From Octopus sinensis (taxonomy: Eukaryota): a stretch of 64,000 nt of DNA. How positions within the stretch are numbered: the first letter of the stretch is position 1; every line of letters starts with the position of its first letter. The notes under the pieces are model-generated. The model was not told the DNA's origin and made no database searches. It worked only from the letters and a program-made list of their open reading frames with translations. Below are positions 40,121-52,492 of this stretch, in pieces. The DNA is taken from positions 32,736,001 through 32,800,000 of the forward strand of contig NC_043014.1 of assembly GCF_006345805.1 (NCBI RefSeq), read 5' to 3'. A program made the position numbers and the translations under genes.

Positions 40121-40187
40121 GTATCTAGGTGAACTGAAATGCTAGCAAGTGCAAGTTTGTGTATGTGTGTGTGTGTGTGTGTGTATG

Positions 40188-40377
40188 TATTAAGGCTACC
40201 ATTGGTTTCATAAGAAAAATATCTTAATATCCTCAAAATTTTTCAAGCCAATCACATGGAGGAATGGTGTTCATCTCCAAAATAGAGACAGACACCATTC
40301 CTCCATGTGATCAGCTTGAAAAATTTTGGGGATGTTAAGATATTTTTCTTAACATAAAACCAATGGTAGCCTTAATA
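40188..40377. mobile_element. Palindromic MITE with TA flanks (Tc1/mariner-type target site)
   Basis: tattaaggctaccattgg...ccaatggtagccttaata; almost the whole 190 bp is self-complementary; sits between (TG)n and CAC. Confidence 0.88.
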
Positions 40378-41699
40378 CACAAATAAAGAAATTTTATTGA
40401 GCAATGCAGTGTTGAGCACTCATTCTCATCGTTCGACATTTATGTATACACACACACACACACACACACATACACACATAAGAGAAAAGACTGGAAACTG
40501 TTGTGACAACCAGGTTAGGAAATATGCTACACATTGAAATGTTGTGACTGCTTTAACCCTTTTCTGACCTTGTTGGTTATGTGATACACTCTCTTGTTTT
40601 TGTATTTGGTTCACAAGATTCTTGATATGAAACCATGTGCTGAAACAGATTCTGTTGTATCTTGGGGAAGGTCATTATAATAAACACAATCACTGCTTTA
40701 TTTCATTATCCTTATTATTAGTAGTCAACCAGCTAATCAATAAACCAATAGACCAATAAAGTAATCAATTGTTTAGTTCTTTAGTTAATCAATCAATCAT
40801 CTAAGTTCATTAGTCTTTTTGTCACCATTCCTGATGTGCCCTCTCTACTTAATTTGTACTGATTAGTTTTGGAAATAATCATCTAGAATTAACTTAGCAG
40901 TTCACCAAAAGGGACAACAGAATAAATACCAGACTTTGTAAAAAGATGAGTACTAGGATTGATTTCTTCGACTGAACCCCAACATGACTGCAATCCAATG
41001 ATTAAAACAAATAAAAGATAGAAGATAATTTGGATGGATTTAGGAACATATATCTAAAATTTCTTTTGATTTATATTGCTTGTTTGATCCCACCTAACAG
41101 TTAGCTGGTACCACAGGGTCACTGCTGTTGCAATACTATTGATCCCTAGGTCAGATCTGACACAGCAGACCTATGATCAAAGACATTCCAGTCGTGGCAA
41201 TGCTTGTCTTTCATTTCTTCTTCAACTTAGTCATTTATTGATATATTCAGCCAGTGTTTGGAGCATAATTTGACAAAATGTCCTTTTACATAAAAGAATA
41301 TTGTAATTCAGATATGAACGCTTTTAAAAAATAAAACAGCAGTTTTGCATCAGAGATCCAGAGTTGCTCTCAGGCAAGATTGGTATCAAAAGAGTTAAAT
41401 ATGATCAAATTTTATTAACCATTTTTTGTTGTCGATGTCGACCATCACTAGTTACTAAAGACTTGAGATTGTTTGGGGCAGTTTTTTTGGCTTTTTTTTT
41501 TGGTGGAGGGGTCTCTTTATTTCTATCAATGTCTGTCTTTGAAGTTTCACTTTGCTGCAAAAAAAAAAAAATGAAATAAAATGCTCCAAAAATCTATAGA
41601 ATCTTGTAAAACCGATTCTTTACTATGTGTCCTGATTCTTGGCAAAGTTTAGGCTTACATTCTGGTAAGATGGCAAATGGAGTGAATAGTTTTAGTCTT

Positions 41700-42329
41700 G
41701 TGGTGGTTCTTGTTGTTGTTATTGTTGTTATTGGCGGCAGCGGCAGTGGTGGTGTGGTGGTGGTACTGGTGGTGGTGGTGGTGGTTGTGGTGGTGGCAGT
41801 GATGGCAGTGATGGTAGTGGAGGTGGTGATGCTGGTGGTGGTGGTAGTGGTGGTGGTGGTGGTGGTGGTGGTGGTGGCAGTGATGGCAGTGATGATAGTG
41901 GTGGTGATGCTGGTGGTGGTGGTGGTGGTGGTGGTGGCAGTGGTGGTAGTTAGTGGTGGTACTGGTAGTGTTTATGTTGTTGTCCTTACTATTGTTCCAG
42001 CTGTTTCTATAGTTTATGTTGCTGCAGTTGTTGTTGTTAGTGACACTGTTGTTGTTGCTATTGGAGATGATGGTGCTGATGCTGGTACTGATGTTGTTGT
42101 TGTGGGGGGTGTACATGTTGTCATTAGTATTGTTCTAGTTGTTACTTTAGTTCATGCCATAGCTGCTGTTCTTGTCAGTTATGTTGTAATTGTTGGTGGT
42201 GATGGCAGTGGTGGAGGTGGCAGTGGTGGTGTTGGTGTTGCTGTTGTTGTTGTTGGAGGTGGTGGTGGTTGCATTGTTGTTATTGTATTGTTGCAGTCAT
42301 TATTGTTAAAATTCATGTTTTTATTGGTA

Positions 42330-42390
<61 letters not shown>

Positions 42391-42395
42391 TGTTG

Positions 42396-42442
<47 letters not shown>

Positions 42443-42560
42443 GGTATTGTTACTGCTGTTGTTATCACTGTTGCTGGTTTTGTTGTTGTTACAGTTGATA
42501 TTGCCTGTGTTGTTGTTGTTGTTGTTGTTGTTGATGATGTTGTTTTAATTCATATTGTTA
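41700..42560. repeat. Long compound trinucleotide array (GGT/GTT/ATT)
   Basis: Direct reading; produces the 307-aa poly-V/L ORF. Confidence 0.95.
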
Positions 42561-43269
42561 TTGGTTTTGCTGCTACTACTCAAGCAGATTTATGATCAAA
42601 AGCATTCCAGTCGTGACCATTCCATTTTGTGTGTGCTTGATTGTGTGTGTATGTGTATGTGTGTCTAGAACTACATCGTCTTATTAGAAAATTACTATTT
42701 TTAAATCTCACAATGTGAGATATTCAGCAACTGTACTTTGTAGTAAAGATTGTTTGCCAACATGACATGACAGTCCTGGTTTAGGACTAATGTTGCTGTA
42801 ATTTTGCCTCAGAAAACATCATCTCCAGCTGGCTATATGACACAATTTGTGTCCTTATATTTTCAAACAAGGGAATCTACATCGTCTTATACTCATAAGG
42901 GTGAAATCTGAGGGAAATTTGGCTGCTATTTCCAGCAAGTCATATGGTTACATAGAAGCTCCCCAACTGGCTTACATAGTAGAAAGTGTGGTGCATATTG
43001 TGATGGCATGTGTGGTGCATATTGTGACATAATGTGATGGCATGTGGCTAAGTGGTTTGGGTATTTGGTTAAAGGTCTTGAGTTCAATATGCTTTATTTC
43101 ACATTGCTCCAATCTACTCAACTGGCAAGCAACATGAGTCGTAGTTGTAATTCACAGGGCCAGCCTTGTCGAATTCTGTGTCATGCTGAATCTCCCCACA
43201 GACTATATTAAGGGTACATGTATCGGGAGTGCTCAGTCACTTGCACTTTAATTTCCTGAGCAAGACACA

Positions 43270-43615
43270 GGCACAGGAGTGGCTGTGTGGTAAGTAGCTT
43301 GCTTACCAACCACATGGTTCTGGGTTCAGTCCCACTGTCTTCTACTATAGCCTCAGGTTGACCAAATCCTTGTGAGTGGATCTGGTGTGTGTATATGTTT
43401 GTGTGTCTGTGTCCCCACCCTCCAACATTGCTTGACAACCAATACCGGTATTTTTACACACAGTAACTTAGCAGTTCAGCAGAAGAAACCAATAGAATAA
43501 GTGCAAGCTTACAAAGAATTAGTCCTGTGATTGATTTGCTCGACTAAAGGCGGTGCTCCATCATGGCCACAGTCAAATGACTGAAACGAATAAAAGAATA
43601 AAAGAATAAAAGAAT
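43270..43615 (+). mobile_element. Family A SINE nested in a family C SINE
   Basis: ggcacaggagtggctgtgtggtaagtagc head; family C sequence on both sides (43033-43265, 43625-43860). Confidence 0.75.
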
Positions 43616-44345
43616 AGAATAAGACATTTTATTTCCTGTTGCTCCAGTCCACTCAGCTGGCAAAAATGAGTCGTACCTGTAATTCAAAGGATCAATCTTG
43701 TCGCATGCTGTCATGCTGAATCTCCTTGAGAATTACGTTAAGGTACACGTGTCTGTGGAGTATTCAGCCACATGCACATTAATTTCACAAGCAGGCTATT
43801 TCGTTGATTGGATCAGCTGGAACTCTTATTATCATAGCCACTGTCATAACTGGGAGAGTGCCAGTCAGTTAGTAATCTTTCTAAATAATTTAACTCTCTC
43901 TCTGGCAGCATGTCAAAGAAGGAATATTCTTAGATGACTCAACTTGTTGTTATTGACGGTTTTGTTGTTGTTGTTTAACCCAAGTTAGCCTTGATTAAAC
44001 AAACCCATGGTCAAAGACATTCCAAATGTGGTTATCTCAACATTTTTCAAGAATATTGTGCACCAGACCACATAATCTAATATATCCCTATTAAGATGGT
44101 AGTGTATAATTTCAGGGAAATTTGGTTGCTATATTTAGTCGGTCAATCAACTATGTAGTGGCTCTGTCTGTTGTTCTTCTCATTTTTGATTTTTATGGTC
44201 ACACAGGAGGCAGTAGACATAATTTTTTAGAGCAGCTTGGACACTAGTAGGCAAGAGAGGTAAAAATGTAATGGACAGCTGGTCAAAATCTTTTCCATAG
44301 GTGTGGCTGTGTGGTAAAATGTTTGCTTCCCAACAACATAGTTCT

Positions 44346-44648
44346 GTTCTATATTTAAGAGATGAGGAATTATGTACATTATTTACAGTATTTACATTAT
44401 TTACAATTGACGGATATTTTGCCTCATCTTGTTTGTTGTTAACACAACGTTTCGGCTGATATACCCTCCAGCCTTCTTCAGGTGTGTTGGAGAAATTTCA
44501 AACCTGAGTTCTCATTATTCCTAAGGTATTTTTCGATGTTGTTATTATTATTATTATTATTATTATTCAGATCACTGCCTGGAATCGAACTCGGAATCTT
44601 GAAGTTAGTAGCCCATGATCTTAACCACGGCATATGGCATAGTGGTTA
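44346..44648 (-). mobile_element. tRNA-headed SINE-like element carrying a hammerhead motif
   Basis: B-box GTTCGATTCC (plus 44581-44590), A-box sequence at the inverted 5' tip, (AAT)n spacer, then HHR at 44441-44488. Confidence 0.75.
44441..44488 (-). ncRNA. Minimal type I hammerhead motif
   Basis: Minus: AACACAC-CUGAAGA-A-GGCUG-GAGGGUAUAU-CAGCC-GAAA-CG-U-U-GUGUU; palindromic ACGU stem III with no loop, GUU triplet. Confidence 0.75.
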
Positions 44649-46094
44649 TATATATATGCATATGTACCTATACATATCTATCTATATATGATATATACGT
44701 ATACATATAGCTATGTGTGTGTCTATGTGTCAGTATTTGTTTCCATCCACTGCTTGACAGCTGGCATTGGTGTATTTATGTCCCTGTAACATAGTGGTTC
44801 AGCGAAAGATATTGATAAAATAAGTGCCAAGCTTTGTAAAAATATAATAAGTACAGAGGTCAATAAGTTCAATTAAAATTCTTCAAGGCAGTGCCCCAGC
44901 ATGGTCGTAGTCTAATGACTGAAACAATTAAAAGATAAAAGATAAATGTAAGTAGTTGGGCGAGTGTTTCTCCAAATACTTGTAGTCTGCTAAAGCATCA
45001 AAGTATCAGGAGATGGTGTTAAACCAGACGATATAGTGTGTCTATATTCATATTGGCCACACCAAGATTTTGGTACCAAAGCACCATAAGCTTATACAAA
45101 TACCCCAAGACAGTTCTATGCAAATATTCTAACACCTCTGCTAATCCAACCACCAAGACTCTACCACAAGGTTCTATCCAAGTTGCCATGTAATGCTTTC
45201 TGTGTTTAAATGACCCTGAGAGCTATGACAGTAGAACGCAAGGTCATGGTAGGATTTTCTATGGTGGAAGGTCAAAGGTGAGAGGCAAGACTAATACAAG
45301 TTTCAAATTTTGGCACAAAGCCAGCAAATTCAGGGAAGGATACAAGTATTGATTATATCACCCCCAGTCCTCAACTGGTACTTATTTAATTAATCCTGAA
45401 GGGATGAAAAACAAAGTTAACTTCAGCAGAATTTGAACTCCAAATGCTAGCTACTAAGCATTTTGCCTGGTATACTAACAATTCTGCCATCTCACCACCT
45501 TAGGCAAAACCAATATAGACCACTCTTGTCAGAGGTAAAAATGAATTTGTATAGAACCAACACCTCCAGAAAAGACAGTCCAGTGTTGAGAACAGTAGGG
45601 AAAAAAAGTCATCAATTACCAATGCTTCATAAGGAGCAAAGGCTTAAGTAACTGAGCCAGAAATCCACAAGATACTAGCTCTGGTATCTTATTAACCTCA
45701 GAAGGATGAAGTTTAAAGTCGACCTCAGTGGATTTGAACACAAAATGTAAAGGTAAAGTTATCTTCTTGAGTTTTACTGACACACAAGGACTAGTTTCTC
45801 TGTTTCCATGGTATATAAATTCCCCACTGGGATAGGGTGCCAGTCCATCCCAGGATAACTCACTTTTGCCAGCTGAGTGAACTGGAGCAACATGAAATGA
45901 AGTGTCTTGCTCAAGAACACAATGCGTCGGTTGGTCCATGAATCAAAACCACAATCTTACGATCAATGAGTCCAACACCCTAACCATTAAGCCATGTTCC
46001 TCCATTGAACTCAAAATATAAGAAACTAAAATCGATACTGCAAGGAATTTTGTCCTATACTCTAAAGATTCTACAAATTCATCGTTGTTGTTCT

Positions 46095-46625
46095 TATTGT
46101 TGATGTTGTTGTGGCTCTTGTTGCTTCTGTTGTGACAGTTTGTTGTTATTATTGCAATTTGTTGTACATGTTGTTGCCAATGTTGTTGTTAATGGTGGTG
46201 GTAGTGGGGTGGGTGGGTGTAAGTAGATGGTCTGGTGGAAGGCATTGCTAAAGGTGGTGGTGGTGGTCGTTGTCGTGGTCGTCGTTGCCGTCACCATCGT
46301 TGTCATGGTCGTGGTCATGGTCGTCATGGTCGTCGTGGTCGTGGTAGTGTGGTGGTGGTGGTGGTGGTGGTGGCAGTGGTGGTTGTGGTCGTCGTCGTGA
46401 CTGGAATGGGTGATGTTGCAGATGCTGCCAATATTAGTTTCCATTGCCCACTTTCATTGATCATTATCTTCCTACATCGTCACATTCATTATTATCATCA
46501 TCGTAGGCATCATCATTTTCATCATCATCATCATCACCATCACCACCATCTTCATCATCATCCTCACCACCATCACTGTCACCACCGTCATAGTCATTAT
46601 CATCCCTATAATTCTCATCATAATC
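46095..46625. repeat. Compound trinucleotide array (GTT/GGT/GTC/CAT)
   Basis: Direct reading. Confidence 0.95.
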
Positions 46626-47150
46626 ACAGAAGTCATCATTTTCTTCCACAGACTCTTGTGTGTCTTATAACTAACAATAGGATAAGGTCAAAAGATATAC
46701 AAGGATATAGATAGATAGATAAATAGACCTTTTTCCTTCCGGTCTTTCAAAATGTGACCTCATGTGTACCGTTGGCGATTTTTTTCCTCTGTCTTCCCTT
46801 CTCTGGATCTTCCCTTCTCCTATGTTTCCAACGAAGAGCTCCTTCTTTCCTTCATTCCTGAGCGTCCAATAATACTATATTTGTTCCACGTCCTCGTGTT
46901 GTTGTGTTTTTTTGTGCTTTCTTGTTTGGATTAACTATATATATATATATATATATATATCTATATACTAAGCAATAAGGGTTTAGCAACGAGTTGCCTT
47001 ACCACATACCGAATTTAGAAATAGCAGCCAAAGGGTTATAGCTATTTCTTCTACTAAAAAGGGAGATCTCAGTAAAAACAGCATTTGGAAGGCACAAACA
47101 GGTAAGAGAGAATGAATTGACTGCAATCTATCATACATTTTTTTAGTTAT

Positions 47151-47261
47151 CCACGGACGACGTTTCGAAATCAAGTTTTAAGGAAAGCATACGAATTAAA
47201 TATTAAATATTAAATAATAAATAATTCTATCTTACCGAAACTTCTTTTCTCTTCAGCGTAG
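47151..47261 (-). ncRNA. Type I hammerhead motif with long stem II (left arm)
   Basis: Reverse complement of 47816-47926, with stem III reading GAAACGUCGUC (one base shorter). Confidence 0.8.
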
Positions 47262-47815
47262 AATACTATAATCATAAATGATTATATATTGAATTTTGAG
47301 ATACCAGAAGGCACCAACTCCACTCAGTATCAGTGCGAGCTAGAACCCGCAACTGGTATCACCGAATTCAATTTGTGAATGAAACGATTGTGTCAACAGC
47401 CCCTTCCCACCCGCGTGTAGCCAAAACAAGATGCTGTGGTCATCTACTGAGATAAAATATGGTTATCCGTAATAATGAAGGGTGAAATTAATTAATTTGG
47501 AAAAATTATCAATTACACCAAGTAGTCTTCGGCATGTAAAAGCCTCATTCGAGGAAAATTTAAGTAATACTAAGCAATAAGGGTTTAGCAACGAGTTGCC
47601 TTACCACATACCGAATTTAGAAATAGCAGCCAAAGGGTTATAGCATCTTGTTTTGGCTACACGCGGGTGGGAAGGGGCTGTTGACACAATCGTTTCATTC
47701 ACAAATTGAATTCGGTGATACCAGTTGCGGGTTCTAGCTCGCACTGATACTGAGTGGAGTTGGTGCCTTCTGGTATCTCAAAATTCAATATATAATCATT
47801 TATGATTATAGTATT

Positions 47816-47926
47816 CTACGCTGAAGAGAAAAGAAGTTTCGGTAAGATAGAATTATTTATTATTTAATATTTAATATTTAATTCGTATGCTTCCTTAAAA
47901 CTTGATTTCGAAACGTACGTCCGTGG
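47816..47926 (+). ncRNA. Type I hammerhead motif, canonical core, 82-nt stem-loop II
   Basis: CUACG-CUGAAGA-GAAA(AG)AAGUUU...AAACUU(GA)UUUC-GAAA-CG-UA-CG-U-C-CGUGG; G10.1-C11.1 pair, palindromic ACGUACGU stem III, GUC triplet, cut after 47921. Confidence 0.9.
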
Positions 47927-48228
47927 ATAACTAAAAAAATGTATGATAGATTGCAGTCAATTCATTCTCTCTTACCTGTTTGTGCCTTCCAAATGCTGTG
48001 TTTTTACTGAGATCTCCCTTTTTAGTAGAAGAAATAGCTATAACCTTGGCTGCTATTTCAATTCGGTATGTGGTAAGGCAACTCGTTGCTAAACCCTTAT
48101 TGCTTAGTATTACTTAAATTTTCCTCGAATGAGGCTTTTACATGCCGAAGACTACTTGGTGTAATTGATAATTTTTCCAAATAATTAATTTCACCCTTCA
48201 TTATTACGTATTATATATTATATATAGA

Positions 48229-48283
<55 letters not shown>

Positions 48284-49018
48284 TTTATACACACACATAT
48301 ATATACATATATAAATCATCATCATCATCATCGTTTAACGTCCGCTGTCCATGCTAGCATGGGTTAGACGGTTCAACTGGGGTCTAGGAAGCCAGAAGGC
48401 TGCACCAGGCCCAGTCTGATCTGGCAGTGTTTCTACAGCTGGATGCCCTTACACATATACATATATATACATAATATATATACATATATATATATATATG
48501 CAAATACATATGCTGTGAGTTTAAGTATGTGTGTGTATTTATGTGTGTGAGAGAAAGGAGTTCAGTATTTCATTTCTTAACATCCAAAGAGTTATTTAAT
48601 TATGAATGAACAAGTAATAGTCGAAAGTGATAAATGAGAAACTACTATTACTGTTACTACTACAACTACTACTACTATCACTGTTGCTACTACTACAACT
48701 CCTAGAAATAATAATAATAATAATATAATAATAATAATAATCAATTCTTTTTTATTGGCCACAAGGGCTGACACGCATGATTACATAAAGGGACAAGACA
48801 GGACGAAAGGTTACAAAGGGTTTTGCCGTTTTTTTAAAAACATCGAGTAAAAATCTTTATAACAACTTATAAAATTCAACAATGAAAAACTCCCAAAAGG
48901 GGGAGACGTTTCGAAAGGTTCCTGGTGGAAAAAACCCTACAAAAGCCAACGGGAGCCTGGTCTAAAAAGGGGGTGTAGAGAGTCCCCTTTTTTCTCCTTT
49001 TGTATTACCTTTTTGAAA

Positions 49019-52000
49019 TCACAGGCGAAATCTGAGAACTGGTCCATTTATACAGGCCAGTCTCGCACAATTCACCCACCTTTCATAAAACTTGCTATCG
49101 GACAGCACTTTCCTCTCTAACCTCATCTTCCTTTTCAAGTGAAACTTGAAAAAGTTGATGAGGCCTTGACCAAAGAGGAAAGTGTCTGACTTTAGCCCTT
49201 TCAAACGAGTCCACCACACCACCTCTTTCGCCACAGCCACTAGGCACAAGAAAACGGCCTCGCCCTCCTTGTTAAAGGAGGTCGGCGGGGCAATCTTCAC
49301 AATGGATTCGGCCGATAGTCGGATCCGTCCTACACGTGACAGTAGCTGTTCGACATAAACCCATATTTCAGCAATACTCGGGCACTGGACGAGTGCGTGC
49401 AGAACGGTTTCGTCGTCCTGGCAACACCTCGGGCAGGCCCGGCTGACGGCACTTCCGTGCCGGTAGAGTTTATCTCGAACAGGCAGAGCCCCTCGGTAGC
49501 ACTGCCAGGCGAGAGACCTCTGGAAATTATCCATCGGCCCCGGCCCGAAAGTCCTCCCGAACAGACCGCTCAGTTCGTCGTCTTCAACGCCTAGAGTTTC
49601 CCCGAGAACGTCGTCGCATTTTTCCTCCACTAACCCTCTATAGAACGCTAGAGTGGAGCTGTAACCGACCGCATTGCCCGCCTGGCGGAGGGCGGAGAGG
49701 GCTTGACGGCACTCGAGGTGCCAAGCGCCCTTTCTCGGTCTACGTTTGATCCAGGTCTGCAGCTCCGTCAAAGAGACGAGCTGCGGAAAATCGCGTCTGA
49801 CAAAAGACGACCACACCTGTTCACCGTCTAGGAAGCGCTTGAGATGCCGCAGCCTGAGCGCATGTCTGCGCAACAGCAACCACGGCATTCCAAGGCCTCC
49901 GTTCAGCGGTCGTTGACAGCAGATGGATCGCCTGACCAGTGGCACCTGACCCTTCCACAAAAAGTCGAAGAGCAGGCGTACCGGCTTGGCCAACCAGCGG
50001 TCGGGACAAGGGACGACGGTCAAGCGGTAATAGATGACGGATGCGATGTACGCATTCGCCACCTCCGCTCGACCTTTCAGGGACAGATTCCTCTCGGCCC
50101 ATTTCTGGGTGAGACGTGCCACCCTGCTCGTCACTTCTTCCCAGTTCTTATCCACCTGGAGGTCCGGACCGAACCAGACCCCGAGCAGTTTAACGGGTCC
50201 GTCTGTCCAGCGCCCTACGACGCTGTTGGACGGCATGGGCTTGCCTCTCCAGGTGCCCAGTTGCAAGCCCACAGACTTTTCTGCGTTAATCTTTGCCCCT
50301 GTCACCGCTTCGTACTGGTTTAGCGTCTCGCCAATCAGGCCAATGTGCCTATGGCTCGACACCACCACGGTGACGTCGTCGGCATAAGCAGACATGCTGT
50401 TTCCGCCTCCTAGATCGCGCGGGATACCCCTCAAAGCCTCCAACTTGCGCAGTAATGGCTCAAGAGTCAAAATGTACAAGAGGGAGGAGAGAGGGCATCC
50501 TTGGCGGACCGAACGCGAGATGTCAAACGGTTCCGAAAGGTGACCGTTCACCCGTATCACCGAGCAGATGTTGCTGTATAAAGCAGCGATCCACCCGCGG
50601 AAGACTGGACCGAAGCCGGCTGCCCTGAGGACAGCTGCCAGGTACCGATGGTCGACCCTATCGAAGGCTTTACTCTGATCCTAGTTGATCAAAGCCCCAC
50701 CCGCGCCAGCGTCGTTACCCACCCTCTCTATGATGTAGCACATGAGATGGAGGTTGTCGTGTATCGACCTGGTCGGCACGGCGCATGTCTGCGTCTTGCC
50801 GACCAGCTTGTCCACGACAAGCGCCAATCTCTTGGCTAGCACCTTGGCCAAAATCTTCAACTCTGCATTGAGCAGAGTGATGGGCCGGAAATTCCCTATA
50901 ACGTCCCCCTTGTTTGGGTCCTTCTTTAGCAAAGCCACCACCCCTCGACAGACAAAAGCAGGAATTCTCCCGTTTTGCTGCCAGTTGCAGTAGACGTTTG
51001 CCAACAGGTCCGCAAACAAGTCTGGCATTGAAAAGTAAAGCTCGTAGGGCAGACCATCCAAACCCGGCGATCTACCTCTCGTGCAACTCTTCATCGCTTC
51101 CTGTACTTCCCAGGCAGATATCGGTCCTTCGCAGCACTCTGCCTCGCTGTCCGAGAGTTGCGGTAGGCCGTCCAGGTACACACCGAAGTCTGTACCGTTG
51201 GTGTCCGTTCCACCGCTCATCCCAAACAGTTGAGCAAAGTGCCGCTGAAGCACCGTACACATCTGCTTCGGTTCGGTAACCTCGCGCCCGTTCTGGTCCA
51301 CCAAAGACCGAATGGTTGCTCTGTTGCCTCACTTCGCCTCCGCCACGCGGGCCCATCGAGCGGCTCTAGTCCCCTCCCCGCTTAGCGAACGTGCCTTAGC
51401 TCTGACAACGCAGCCTTCGTGTTTGGCGTCGAAGTGTTGGTCGAGGGCCAACCTTGCCGCCAACACGTCGGTCGCGATGCCAGTGTCAAGAGCCTCGTCT
51501 AGTTCTTAACTAAATCCCGCTCTCTCTTCCTACGTTCAATAGCTAGAGTCTTACTATACCTAATCGACTCTACTCTAATTGCTCTCTTGAGGGCAAACCA
51601 CCAGTTGTTGTTGATGATTGCCCCCGTGAGCGCCCGCTTAACTAGTAAACTAATCCGGTCTCTGTAAGCTTTGCACGCCGTTAACGACGCGTTCAGCTTC
51701 CAGTAGCCGGGTCCCTGTCTATGTAGCCTATCTAAGTCGACCGTACAGATCACTAATTTGTGGTCTGTATATTCGACTAGGTGGAATTGTGGACACCCTA
51801 CGCTGTCCTTATCCGCTGGCCTACAAAACACTCTATCTAAGTACGATCTAGACGACCCGATGCGGTTTGTCCAAGTCCACATTGGCACATTCGGGTTGTC
51901 TAGTCGAAACCTGTCGGACAGCTGAAAGCGGCCGAGTAGGTTGGCGAGGCTCTTGCACCCTCCCCCTCTCCTATCAGACGCTCCCCTGCCCACCCGATCG

Positions 52001-52452
52001 AAACGTTCGTCTAAGACAGCGTTCCAATCCCCAACTAGCACTAGAGTGCGTGACGTTCCCAGGAAAACTTCCAGACGTTTGAAATAATCCGACTGCCCTG
52101 CTCCTGTCGGAGCGTAGGCAGCCAGCAGTCTGAAAGCACCGCCGTCACTACCGTCCACGTCGAGGACCACCAACTTACCTTCCGGATCCAAGAAGACTGT
52201 CCTTATTTTCAGGTCCAGGCCCTTCCGAAACAACACTGCAGTACCACCACCGCCCGCTCCCGGCCGACACGGAGATAGAAATATCTCGTATCCGCCGAAA
52301 AGGGCTGCGAGTTCCTGCGGGTCGGAGAGCCTGGTTTCACTGATGGCTGCTACATCCACATCATGAAACCTCAGGTCGTTTAACAGGTGACCCTGTTTCC
52401 AAGGTGACCCGAGGCCTCTCACATTCAAGCAACCGATTCTAAGATTTGCCAT
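49019..52452 (-). pseudogene. Tx1-like ORF2 (AP endonuclease, reverse transcriptase, C-terminal CCHC)
   Basis: LNVRGL, SETRL, GDWNAVLD, YLDRVF, TDHKLV; SPGLDG, FRPITLLN, QGCPLS, YADD, LLGVWF; CPRC..ETVLHALVQC. Frameshift ~51505, TGA 51329-51331, TAG 50681-50683. Confidence 0.95.
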
Positions 52453-52492
52453 GTTTCAAAAGTTAGGGGAAAAAAAAGGAGAAAAAAGGCTC

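Larger units (their letters stand above)
46966..48208. mobile_element. Head-to-head pair of circularly permuted copies of a 602-bp non-coding hammerhead unit, between (TA)n tracts
   Basis: 46966-47042 repeats at 47568-47644 (period 602); 47642-48109 is the reverse complement of 46966-47435 and 48110-48208 of 47468-47567. Confidence 0.92.

Noticed and set aside
41625-42548. 307-aa plus-strand ORF and similar poly-V/L/T/H/S ORFs (13950-14358, 16211-16677, 27363-27835, 46094-46714)
   Set aside because: Translations of stop-free trinucleotide microsatellites; no domain or splice context.
48121-48165. Second hammerhead-like string in the 602-bp unit (cgaatgaggc-ttttacat-gccgaag)
   Set aside because: Stem II-like hairpin is present, but the core is CGAAUGA and GAAG, with no stem III ending in UH and no stem I partner.
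48900-48920. GAAACGUC on the minus strand in the Tx1 3' UTR
   Set aside because: No CUGANGA core or stem II at a compatible upstream position.
49397-52082. Plus-strand and alternate-frame ORFs inside the Tx1 element
   Set aside because: Shadow ORFs of GC-rich ORF2.
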